Shown in pieces: positions 10,795-22,421 of a stretch of DNA of 64,000 nt. Position 1 is the stretch's first letter. Each line of letters starts with the position of its first letter. The position numbers and the translations under genes are program-made. Origin of the DNA: Takakia lepidozioides (Eukaryota; Plantae; Bryophyta); contig CM060734.1 in the NCBI GenBank assembly GCA_030704615.1, positions 35,774,001-35,838,000 on the forward strand, given 5' to 3'. Below the pieces are notes generated by a model, which was not told the DNA's origin, searched no databases, and saw only the letters and a list, made by a program, of their open reading frames with translations.

Positions 10795-13700
10795 ATGCAG
10801 AGTAATGAAGGGACTTTGGCTGAAGTAATATGCCAGACCAAAGCAGAGATTACCATTGGACAGCTATTGGCTGTGGCACCTTATTGTAGACACAGGCTGT
10901 ATCAAGCAATCAATCGAATTGCCCAGGTGACAGGAAACACAGACCTGAACAGCAAGGTGACCAGTTATAATGTGAAGCCGGAAGGGCGAGAAACAGTCAT
11001 GGACTTTGATGATTCTATGCCAGTAATCCAATTGAGAATTGGAAGCACAGAACTAACTGATGTACTGATAGATGGAGGCTCTGGAGTGAATATCATGACA
11101 GACCAATTAAGGCAGAAGCTTGGTCTAAGTAACATGAAACCAGCCCCATTTACAGTAACAATGGCAGATCAAAGAAGTGTACAGCCATTGGGATTGATAA
11201 GAGGAGTTAAGATACAGATTCAAAAGATGATCTTTATGATCACAGTAACTGTGTTAAAATGGATGAAGTCATGGAGGCTTACTCCTTATTATTGGGACGT
11301 CCGTGGCTGAAACAGGCCAGGGTATTCCATGACTGGAATTCCAGTTACTAACTGTGCATAATGGGATGCACAAGATACAAATTACCACTAAGAAATCTAG
11401 TAGATTACCTGCTACGAGAAGACCTCGAGGGGTCAGGGAGTATGACTGGAGGGGAGGACTGGATGAGGAGCAGGAAGCTACCCTGTTCGCTGCACACCCA
11501 GAGTGGGAGCAGGTTGCAGAGATGCAGCTGGAAGGCCTAAGTTGTTTAAAAGGTATCTGCTGTGGTGTAGTGACAGCAACACCAATTGAAGGTGAAACAA
11601 GCAGTTACCCACCACATTTCTATGAAGAAAGAGAAGGAGAAATGGAAATCCTAGAGGAACCAGCCACTGTGAGTTTACAGGATGAAGTGGTGACTGGTTG
11701 GACAATCACAGCTGATGAGCAGGTGAGAGAAGTGAATGTGGGAACTGAAGAGGAACCGAGGATGGTGAAGGTAGGAGCTGATTTGGAGCCAGAATTCTTT
11801 GAGGAAGCTAAGAGTTTGTTCATCAAATACAGAGATGTATTTGCTTGGAGCTACGAGGATCTAAAAGGGATACCACCTGAGATCTGTCAGCATAAGATTG
11901 AACTGGAACCAGGGTCAGTACCAATCAAACAGGCAAGGTACAGAATGAATCCCAACTATGCACAGAAGGTTGGAGAAGAGATCAAGAAGTTGGCTGAGGC
12001 TAAGTTTATATACCCGATAGAGTATACAACTTGGTTGTCACCCATTGTGATAGTTCCCAAGAAGAATGGTAAACTGAGAGTTTGTGTGAACTATAAGAAG
12101 TTGAATGCTTGCACGAAGAAAGATCCTTCCCTTTGCCATTCACAGAAGCGGTATTGGACACTGTGGCAGGCCATGAGATGTACTCATTCATGGATGGCTT
12201 CAGTGGTTATAATCAAGTGCAAGTGGCAGAAGAAGACCAGGGAAAGACAGCTTTCATCACAGACTGGGGTGCTTATGCATACAAAGTCATGCCTTTTGGA
12301 CTTTGTAATGCACCAGCAACCTTTCAGAGAGTGATAAGTGAATCTTTTCATGAGTATCTGGATGATTTCATGCAGGTGTTCTTGGATGATTTCAGTGTGT
12401 ACAGCTCTAAGAATGAGCACTTGCATAAATTGGAGTTATGTTTGGCCAGATGCAGGATGAGAGGTCTGGGCCTGAATCCAGAGAAGTGTACTTTCTGTGT
12501 GAACTCAGGGGTGCTTCTGGGACACATTGTGTGTAAGAGGGGACTTCTTGTGGATCCCAGGAAGACAGAGGCCATTAAAGCCTCTCCACCACCAGTAAAT
12601 GTTAAGAGTCTAAGGAGATTCCTTGGACAAACCAGTTATTACAGAAGATTTGTCAAAAGGTATGCACAGATAGCAGCACCATTGAGCAAGCTTCTGAAGA
12701 AAGATGCAGTGTTTGCATGGACAGCTGAATGTCAACAGGCTTTTGAGGAACTTACATTGTCAGTAACAACTACACCTGTGCTGATTAACCCTCACTGGCA
12801 TGTAGTATTTCATGTTCACTGTGATGCCTCAGGAGAAGCGTTGGGAGCGGTGTTAGCCAAAATGTTACAGGAAATATAGATTCACCTGTGTACTATGCTA
12901 GCAGGTTGATGAACAGTGCTGAAAGGAACTATAGCACAACTGAAAGAGAAGCACTGGCAATGATTTATGCAGTCAAGAAATTCAGGCATTACCTATTGGG
13001 AAGAAAGTTTATGTTTTTATGTGGATCACCAGGCTCTGATATATCTGGTGAACAAACCTTTGATAAGTGGAAGGATAGCGAGGTGGTTAATAATCTTGCA
13101 CGAGTTGAGTTCAAAGTTGTTTACAAGCCTGGCCGTTTGCATCTTGTGCAGATCACTTGTCACGCCTAACAACAGGAGAGGCCTGCCACAGGAGTAAACG
13201 ACAATTACCTGATGCGAGTTTATTTGTAATGGAGGTGCAAGGAAGCGCAGATGAATGATTAGAGTGGCAGTGGCCAATCAGATACTACCTTACTCATGGT
13301 CAGTGCCCACCTAGTTATGGTAAGGAGCAGAGGAAGAGAATCGCTATCAAGGCTTTACCTTATACTATGGTAGGAGGCAGAATGTATAAGCTAGGACCTG
13401 ATGGAGTACTTAAACGATGCTTGTACCACCATGAAGTAAATAAAGTTTTGGAGGAAGTTCATAAAGGAGTGGCTGGAGGATATTTTGGAGAAGAGACTAC
13501 CAGTAGGAAGATACTACTTGAAGGTTACTGGTGGCCTACTTTGTTCAAGGATGTACATAAGTATTGTCAGAGTTGTGATGAATGTCAGAGGCTAGGACCT
13601 TTGCAGTGATCTGGGAAGATGGCTTTGCATCCTACGATGCCTACTGAACCATTTCAGAAATGGGGACTAGACTTTGTTGGACCAATTAACCCACCGGCCA

Positions 13701-14520
13701 AAATACACAGAACAAGTACATAATTACAGCCACTGATTATACTACGAAGTGGTGGAAGCTAAAGCTTTGAGGGACAACACAGCCAGGTCCACAGCAAGGT
13801 TCCTGTATGAAAACATACTTACACGATTTGGCTGTCCCTTGGAATTTATCAGTGATCAGGGAAGTCACTTCATTAATGAGACCATTGAACTACTGACTAA
13901 AGAGTTCATGATTGTGCATAGGAAGAGTACAACGTACTACCCACAGGGTAATGGGCAGGCAGAGGCTACCAACAAAATATTATGTACTATCTTGGCTAAG
14001 ATAGTCAATGCAAACAGAACGGATTGGGATACAAAGCTGCTGACAGCTTTGTGGTCATACAGGACTTCATATAAAGTCACCACTAAGTATAACACCATTC
14101 CAATTAGTCTATGGTATGGAAGCTTTACTTCCAGTGGAATTCTTGTTACCTACCATGAGAACAGAATGGGGAAAGAGAATGAAATTGGAAGATTCCATTA
14201 AGGTCAGGAAACATGAATTATACCATGTGGAAGAAGTACGTGCTGATGCAGCAGATAACATGACCAGAATTCAGATGAAGAGGAAGGAACAGTTTGATGA
14301 AGGCAAATTGAAGACTTTTAAGGCGGGAGATTTGGTTCTCTGGTTGCAGAAGAACGGGAAGATTAAAGCTTCTAAGCTTAAATCACCATGGAAAGGACCT
14401 TATGTCATACAAAAGATGTATGATAACAACACAGCCATGTTACAAACCATTAACAAAGAGATGCTGGGAAGAGTCAATGCCAATAAGTTGAAGGGGTACA
14501 GTGGTATCCATGACAAACCA
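10795..14520 (+). pseudogene. Gypsy pol: protease, RT, RNase H, integrase (frameshifted)
   Basis: PR LIDGGSGVNIM; RT SFMDGFSGYNQ, MPFGLCNAPATFQR and FLDDF; RH HCDAS and [11 protein letters not shown]; IN GYWWPTL..C..CQ, SDQGSHF, PQGNGQAEATN and WKGPY. Confidence 0.95.
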
Positions 14521-14639
14521 TTGCAACACGATTTGCATGTTGAACCGCAAAAGCAATCACGGGCTGCGCCAGTGATTTCAACGGAGTATGGAGCACTTGT
14601 CGCTAAGCCAAGCGTATATGACCAGGGCGGGCAGTACGA

Positions 14640-14850
14640 GTGTCACACAAACCATCACAGCCCATCACAGTGTGACACAACCTATCACAGCCCATCACAG
14701 TGTCACACAGCCTATCACAGCCCATCACAACGTGACACAGCCTATCACAGTCCATCACAGCATGTCACAGCCTATCACAGCTTACCACAGTGCCGCCTAT
14801 CACAGCGTACCACAGTATGATACAGCCTGTCACAACTCAACACAGCCTAC
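14640..14850 (+). repeat. 30-bp tandem repeat (CACAG-core) after integrase
   Basis: Units such as cctatcacagcccatcacagtgtcacacag, about 6 copies. Confidence 0.85.
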
Positions 14851-15580
14851 CGGGGTTACACAGTCCATAGGATCAGTGACGGGTGGACGTGGGTTAACAT
14901 CCGAAGAATGGAAGACGGAAAAGTGGCCAGAGGCAGGTTTAGAAATGGACACGTGGACGCCAGGGCGAGACACACAGCCGAACATGGATTGCAAGAGCGA
15001 GTGTCATCAAGAAAGAAGACAAAATTGGCCGTCAAAGTACCTATCCGGCACATTAACTTATTATAGGGCCATTAATGCATACAGGGAACGGGTAACGGAA
15101 CCCTTTACAAGTACCGAAAAGCGAAATCCATGTCACATGTGCTATCCTAGTGGACAGTCCAGGGGGGAAAATCCATGGAAGGGAAATAAATTACAAAACC
15201 AATCACACAACCAACAGCCAATCATGAGCCAGAATTACCTGCAGAGGGTATTTTCCAAGAAGCGAAATCAAGAAATTGGAGGGATTCTGAGTGCAAGAGT
15301 CGGCGTCGTTCCAAGTAACAGGCGTCTCGTTAGGAGAGACAATCAAAGCTATAGCTTTGAAGCTATGGCGGAAATAACAGACTACACGCTTGCCTTACTA
15401 CTTACGCAGTGGCACAAGGACAGACGAACAGAGAGTACATTTTCTCTAAATCGCTACTTGCAAGCCCCACAGGCTTACAAGCACTTACCCATTTCATTCT
15501 GCGCCAACCATACTTTTATGTTTTGTGCCCTGCAGGTGTTTCTTCAGTTGTTGCAACCAAAACCTGTCTGTTTGTCCAGA

Positions 15581-16354
15581 ATGAAGAGAGTGAGAGGAAT
15601 GGAGGATATCAGGATGAAGAGCACCACAATCTTATAGAAGCAAACGATTGCTGCACCACAGGCGGTGCAGCTACTGAAGGAGCTGCGATTGGAGGGATTG
15701 CTACGCAAGGACTGGTCCTTACATCATCGGCAGTTCATTATACAATTTCTTCAGAACTTTGAGCCTCGGACAGGAGTTACTCAGGTGAGGGGAGTAGATA
15801 TAGAAATTACTCCCCAGTGCCTGCAGCAATTGTTTGAATTGCCATCAGGACATGTGGATGTGGATGAGCACAGGGCAAGATTGCAGATAGGGAATCTGTT
15901 CCAAGAAGGGAGTTTATTTAAAACTCAAGGTTTTGCTTGTACGAAAGCCGAGTACCCAGGGCTTAGAGAAGTAGGCCAAATCTTGAACGTTCTGTTTGCC
16001 ATGAAACAGAACCAACAGTATTTGAGCAGGTCCTTCACAGAGGAGATCCTGAAAGCTTTGAGGGGAGAGGATGTCGCTTGGGCGGAGTTAATGTACAACG
16101 GATTGGTGGACGAAATGAAGAGGTTACAGGGCACTGCTGCTAAGTTTCCCATCATTGTGTCCGGTCCAATCATTGCACAAATAATTCTTGATTCTTGCAT
16201 ACTTGATACTCGGGAGAGAAAGGAGATGGGAGTGTTTGAAACAGAAACCACTGCAATTGAAGAGCAAGGCTCTTCGCACAGTGAGGGTGGACTGGCAGTG
16301 CAACACCAGTCTAAGAGACAGAGGCGGGGAAAAACTGTAGTGGCGGATCCACTA
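15581..16354 (+). pseudogene. 3' extra ORF of the large Gypsy, N-terminal part (resembles plant transposon-associated / Athila env-position proteins)
   Basis: FIIQFLQNF...TQVRGVDIEITPQCLQQLFELP pattern. The open frame runs up to the nested-element TSD. Confidence 0.6.
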
Positions 16355-17075
16355 TGTCGCGCACCTCAATTCGGTAAACTCCCCTTCAAGTCATAGTCAC
16401 TCGCTTTGATGCGCGCGCCTAACTCCCAACCTGGCCGCCGGGCCAACTTGGAGCTTCGGCTGCTCACCGCGACATAACGGTCCCCTTTCGCTTCCCTCTA
16501 GAACCCTCGCCTAATTGGACTAGGAGAATTCCTTTGGTAGATGGCAGTCCGGAACAGCTCCCCACTCTTTGGTCGCTTTCCGGCTCGCTCGCTTACTCAC
16601 TAGTTTTTGGTCACCAACGGGCTTGCACCGTTCTCGGGGTTACTACTCCCTATATATACTTCTGTAGCTGTCCGCGGGGGTTTCACAACTAGCCATGCCA
16701 TTTTATGGCGAACCACCACGAAGACCCTCGATCCCGGTGGTGAGTCGCGGTGAGTCTTGGCCCGCTCACCACGGCCCCTATGGACCGTGATGAGTCCCAA
16801 GACTCCCCACGACTCCCACCACGAGGTCTCCGCCCCCATGGTGAGTCCTATGCCACCCCCACTAAGTCCCACTAAGCTACCACCACCCCTTGTGGAGCCA
16901 CCCCCACCGCAACCCGATGTGCGGGGCTCCACCTAGTGAGCGCCTCCGCTTCCCTGAGTGCCTTGGGCACTCAAGGGTGCCTCAGCCCCCCATACCTATC
17001 ACTGCCGTTGCCCCGACCACAGGGGCAGCCCCTCATGTGTCCCGACCCCTGCCCTCAAGGCAAAGGGCCGCGACA
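16355..17075 (-). repeat. 3' LTR of the nested chromovirus
   Basis: Near-identical to 21696-22416 and 45345-46072. Confidence 0.95.
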
Positions 17076-17917
17076 CACACCCCTACCAACAGGGAGTCGA
17101 TGTCCTCATCGACTTGTCCATTTTGTAGAAACGAACATCCAAGTTGTGGCGTCCCACATCAAGGAGTTTGTTTCTGTACCATGGCGTCCCATGGCAAAGA
17201 ACCAAACCCCACACTTGACTCTACTCTCACTAGCTAGTTCGGCCGACTTCCTCCAAGTCCCGGCCAAGGGTGGAGCCTCTCCAGCTCCTCCCAGTGCACT
17301 CTTCTTGGCCTACTTCAAGGCCAAGGAACGATCCTCCCCGAGGATCGAATCGCCTTACTGCAACAACATTGCTTGCGATCGCTCATGATGCCGCTTTTGG
17401 CATCACCTTGAGCAAGGGTTCACCTGGAACCCTCTTTGACTAGGAAGATAACCTTGAACCAACCGTGCGCCCCAATCACTACAATTGGGTCCGCCTTGGA
17501 ATGCTGGCCTGAGGTACGGGAACACGTCGAAGCCGCACTACGACTTCGTCCCGAGTTACACGATTATAGTACGTGAACGGAAGCACGTAGCTTCCGCGTT
17601 AGCCCGCACTACAAGGCAACCCCTCGGTAGCGCAGTTATAGTACGCGCACGCGCCAGGTGCGCACTAGCACGTGAACTCCCAAAGAAGGCGCAAGTTTCC
17701 TTGCCCCTTGGATGGGAGTCACCCGATTTCGGCACTGCGCAAACACACGATTACCCAATTTACCTCTCCCACTTTTGTAAGCTAGCATGCATTCTACACA
17801 CTAGCCAACCACACATGCATCACCATTCCAAACACAATAGGACGCACAATATTTGGAACCCATTTCCTTTATAACAAATTTTTGTACAATACAAGTTTTT
17901 GCAATCGGATTCCTGAG

Positions 17918-20900
17918 CTAGCTAAACCGGGCTAAGCATGCATTTCCTCCCCCACGCTCCAAGGTTGATGTCCCCATCAACGCTTCTTCGCTTTTGAGGT
18001 CGCCCTTCGAAAGCTGCAACCGCCTCGGATGCGTTTCCCATTTCTGAGGCACGCACCCAAGATGCCTCCACATGATGATAGCCCTTCCATTTGACGAGAT
18101 ACTCCGTTTCTCGGTTCCTAACCTCCTCGACTTAAGTATTGCCTCCACCTCGTACTCAGGTTCATTTTCATGATCCAACAGCATAGGTGGCGGACGCAAC
18201 ACTTGATGCCGATTCGGACGCGCTTCATCTTTGAAGTAAGGCTTCAAAAGGGAGACATGGAATACTGGGTGCACCTTGCTGTTTGCCAGCTCCAATTCAT
18301 ACACATCCTCATTCATAACCTTCCGAATGCGAAAGGGTCCCGCATACGGAGGTACGAACTTCGGACTCACTTCCGGAGGTAGTCGGAAATTCTTGATGTT
18401 CAACCAGACCTCTGTGCCTGCCTCAAACTTCACTTCCCTCCGCTTCCGATTCGCCTGCCTTTCATACCGTTTCCTAGCTTTGGCAATATTGTACTTTGCG
18501 AGCTTCAACAAACGCTCGGACTTCGCCAGCTCATCCTTCCGGCAAGCCTTCCGGATCTTCCTTTGGAGTGTCGTCTCGCCCTTGTAGCTGCTGCTTTCTA
18601 CTTAAAGCATCGGCCACCACATTGTCCGTCCCGATGTACTGGATATCCACGTCGACACTGCCAAAGTATCTTGCCACCTAAGTTGTTTTGGGGACAACTT
18701 GGGCTGCGTGGCAAAATACTTCACCGTGACATTGTCCGTGAACACCTTCACTGGGTTGGAACCAACATAGTGGCGCCAGAGCTCAAGGCAGTGCACCACC
18801 GCCTTCATCTCCTTCTCGTGCGTCGGCCACCGTCGCTCCACTTCATTCAATTTCTTACTTTCGTAAGCCACTGGACGTCCATCTTGCATCAGTACACCCC
18901 CAATCGCGAAGTCCGACGCATCTGTATGTATCTCGAACGGACGATCGAACTCTGGGATTTTCAAGACTGGAGCTTCCGCCATCCGCTCCTTCAATTCAGC
19001 AAAAGCTTGGCCACAAAAGGTGTTCCATGCCCAGACTTTAGATTTACACAGAAGGTCCGACAGCGGCCCGCGATCTTGGCGAATTTCTCACATACTTCCG
19101 GTAATAGGAGGCGAGTCCTAGGAAGGAACGCACTCTCGGGACCGAAGTCGGAGGCTCCCAGTCCAAGATCGCCCTCACCTTTCTGTCATCCATTTTGATC
19201 CCATCCTGTGTAATCACATGCCCCAAGAACTCCACTTTTGTGACCCCGAATTCGCACTTTGAAGCTTTGGCATACAGCTTCCCTTCTCGCAATTTTTGGA
19301 ACACCCTTTTGAGGTGCTCCAGGTGCTCCTCTTTTGTTTTCGAGTACACCAAGATGTCGTCGATGTACACGATCACAAAGTCATCCAACCACTCCTGAAA
19401 AGGCTGTTCATCAGCGTGCTAAATGTCGCTGGTGCATTGGTGAGCCAAAAGGCATCACCAAGAACTCATATGAACCATACCTTGTCTGCACGCGGTCTTC
19501 TCCTCATCTCCTTCCGCCACCCGAATTTGATGATAGCCGAGCGCAAGTCGATCCGGCTGAAATACTTCGCTCCTGCCAACCGATCGAAGAGGTCGTCGAT
19601 CCTTGGCAAAGGGTACCGGTTTTTGATAGTCACCTTATTCAAAGCCCTGTAATCGACACACATCCGCAGCGTCCCATCCTTCTTGTCTGCGAATAGCACC
19701 GGGGCTCCGTAAGGTGACTTACTCGGCCGATGTACCCCTTTGACATTAGATCCTTGAGCTGAGTCTTCAGCTCGACCAACTCCCTGTGGCTCAACCGGTA
19801 GGGCGCCTTGGCAGGCGGTTCCCTTCCCGGTATCACCTCAATCTTGTGGTCAACTCCTCTTCGCGGTGGCAAGCCGCTTGGTAAATCCTCCGGCATCACA
19901 TCCTGGTATTTCTCCAAAATCCCTTGATCCAATCTGGGCTCGGTCCCATCGCCTTCTCCTTTCACTTCTCTAATGTAAAGCAAAAACTGGGGCTCGTGTG
20001 CCTCCTCCACGGCCCACTCCTTGCTGACAGAAGGTTTATTCGCCCTCCCCACGGATTTGGGCGTTTCCGACACTCGTAAGACCTCGCCACCATTCCCACA
20101 TGGCAGCGTGACTACTCTTTGCGGCCATCTATGACCGCTCCGGATTTGCTCAAAAAGGTCATCCCCAAAATGAGATCCACTCCATCGATCTCGCAGATGG
20201 TGAAGTTCTCCGTCCCTCCCAACTCCCCAGTTGAAGAGGAACATCAAACGCCAACCTTGTCGCCAACTGTGGTTCTCCTTTGGCAGAACGCACCTCAATA
20301 GAGCCCCCACGTCACTTGTCGGGAGTCCCAGCTTTGTGCCGTTGCCGGTGTCATGAAGGAGTGCGACGCTCATGTGTCCACCAACAACGACACATTAGTT
20401 CCGGATATTATCCCATCCACGAACAATAACTGACTCCCTTTTCGTAAGGCGCCAGTTTCCTGATACAACTCACAAGAAATTTGCCTACCTTGCAAGTCCT
20501 GGCGACCACCGCTTCCACCAAGCGACTGATGGTATCTTCCGACAGCTCCGTGGTCGCCCGAGTCATGTTCAATTGCCGGGGCTTCGTGCACTTCTTGGCC
20601 ATGTGCCCGGGCTCCCCGCAATTGAAACACACTCCATCAAAGGTCGCCTTCTGTCCGCCATAAGCCGCTCCACCCGCTTTTCCTTTCGAAGCACCGGGTG
20701 CCGCCTTGACGTGTGAAGGCCCTCCCTTCGATTTCCACGTGCTATTGTCCCGCGTGGCCTATCCCACTTCTTTTCCGGTCGGAAGGAGTCACCTTCCCGC
20801 CGGGTCTTCTTGTGGTTCAGCTCCGTACGGCCTTGTCTCTCACCCCTAGGGACATCCGAGAAACATTCAGCCCTCTCAATTGCCTCGTTCAAAGTCTTGG

Positions 20901-21660
20901 GTGGCTTCTCCTCCAACTTCCGCCTGGCCCATGGGGCCAGTCCCGCCACAAAGTTGAAGACCATTTCTGGTTCTGCCATGTCCGCGACTTCGAGCAACAG
21001 CACATTGAAAGCCTGGACGTACCCCGAATGTCATCTGTTTGCTTCAAATTCCTCATCTTGTCCCGGGCAAGCCAGGACGCGTTGAGGGGCACAAACTGTC
21101 TCTTCATCAATCCTTGAACCCACTCCAGTTCAAGGTTTCCGGGCTTGGACCTCGGTCGTGAAGGCGTTTCTGCCACCATTGTTGAGCATAGCCCCTCAAA
21201 TAGGTGGGACCACTTCCACCGATCCTCGTCACTCAACTTGGCCGCCCGGAAGTACTGCTCTAGCTCCAAGAGCCAGGTGTTGAGTGCCTTCCGATTTCGG
21301 ACGCCCTCGAAGGTGCCGGGTTCCTTAGGCTTCACCTTAAACTTTGCCTTAGTGGAAGTGGCATTAGCCGCCTTCAACACGTCTTTCAACGTCCCGCCAA
21401 ACTGCGCCAACAACCCTTCCCAAAAGGCTGCCGGCATGGGAGGCATCTCTTGGTTTGTCGGAGCTCTCAAGGATTCCTCGGGCTCCGACTCCTCGGATTC
21501 CTCCCGTTCTGGGCGGCCTCGTTTTCGGAAACATGCATCGCTTCCTCAAACGGCCGCCTCGGTGACACGCCCCCCATCGGGCTCACCGGGATCATCATCT
21601 TTTGGGCCGTTCCGCTTTCGCTTCGGCTTGCCCGACCCCATGATGAGGCCAATCCCAAGG
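17918..21660 (-). pseudogene. Chromovirus gag-pol (gag, PR, RT, RNase H, GPF motif, chromodomain), frameshifted
   Basis: CFNCGEPGHMAKKC; LLVDT; [12 protein letters not shown] and YIDDILVYS; HTDASDFAIG and ADALSRK; YAGPFRI and HPVFHVSLLK; chromodomain start EPEYEVEAILKSR. Confidence 0.92.
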
Positions 21661-21695
21661 ACGATCGCGTACTGAACTCTAAGCTCTGATACCAG

Positions 21696-22416
21696 TGTCG
21701 CGCACCTCAATTCGGTAAACTCCCCTTCAAGTCATAGTACTCGCTTTGATGCGCGCGCCTAACTCCCAACCTGGCCGCCGGGCCAACTTGGAGCTTCGGC
21801 TGCTCACCGCGACATAACGGTCCCCTTTCGCTTCCCTCTAGAACCCTCGACCTCATTGGGACTAGGAGAATTCCCTTTGGTAGATGGCAGTCCGGAACAG
21901 CTCCCCACTCTTTGGTCGCTTTCCGGCTCGCTCGCTTACTCACTAGTTTTTGGTCACCAACGGGCTTGCACCGTTCTCGGGTTACTACTCCCTATATATA
22001 CTTCTGTAGCTGTCCGCGGGGTTTCACAACCAGCCATGCCATTTTATGGCGAACCACCACGAAGACCCTCGATTCCCGGTGGTGAGTCGCGGTGAGTCTT
22101 GGCCCGCTCACCACGGCCCCTATGGACCGTGATGAGTCCCAAGACTCCCCACGACTCCCACCACGAGGTCTCCGCCCCCATGGTGAGTCCTATGCCACCC
22201 CATAAGTCCCACTAAGCTACCACCACCCCTTGTGGAGCCACCCCCACCGCAACCCGGTGTGCGGGGCTCCACCTAGTGAGCGCCTCCGCTTCCCTGAGTG
22301 CCTTGGGCACTCAAGGGTGCCTCAGCCCCCCATACCTATCACTGCCGTTGCCCCCACCACAAGGGCAGCCCCTCATGTGTCCCGACCCCCTGCCCTCAAG
22401 GCAAAGGGCCGCGACA
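21696..22416 (-). repeat. 5' LTR of the nested chromovirus
   Basis: Adjacent to the iMet PBS; matches 16355-17075. Confidence 0.95.
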
Positions 22417-22421
22417 CACTA

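Larger units (their letters stand above)
16355..22416 (-). mobile_element. Nested Ty3/Gypsy chromovirus with integrase core deleted
   Basis: 721-bp LTRs at 16355-17075 and 21696-22416 (TGTCGCG...CGCGACA). TSD CACTA (16350-16354, 22417-22421). tRNA-iMet PBS TGGTATCAGAGC on the minus strand (21683-21694). PPT-like GGTAGGGGTGTG next to 17075. Confidence 0.95.

Noticed and set aside
8515-14520. Frameshifts as programmed ribosomal frameshifting
   Set aside because: They are too many and scattered within conserved domains; decay or assembly error explains them.
14640-14850. Regularly spaced repeats as a possible CRISPR array
   Set aside because: Head-to-tail tandem units without unique spacers, in eukaryotic TE context.
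16350-16354. CACTA pentamer at both ends of the nested element, suggesting a CACTA transposon
   Set aside because: The copies are direct, not inverted, and flank TG...CA LTRs. It is simply the 5-bp TSD.
16785-16812. gTGATGAGTCccaaGAC in the chromovirus LTR, resembling a hammerhead ribozyme core
   Set aside because: It lacks the C of CUGAUGA and the GAAA after stem II.
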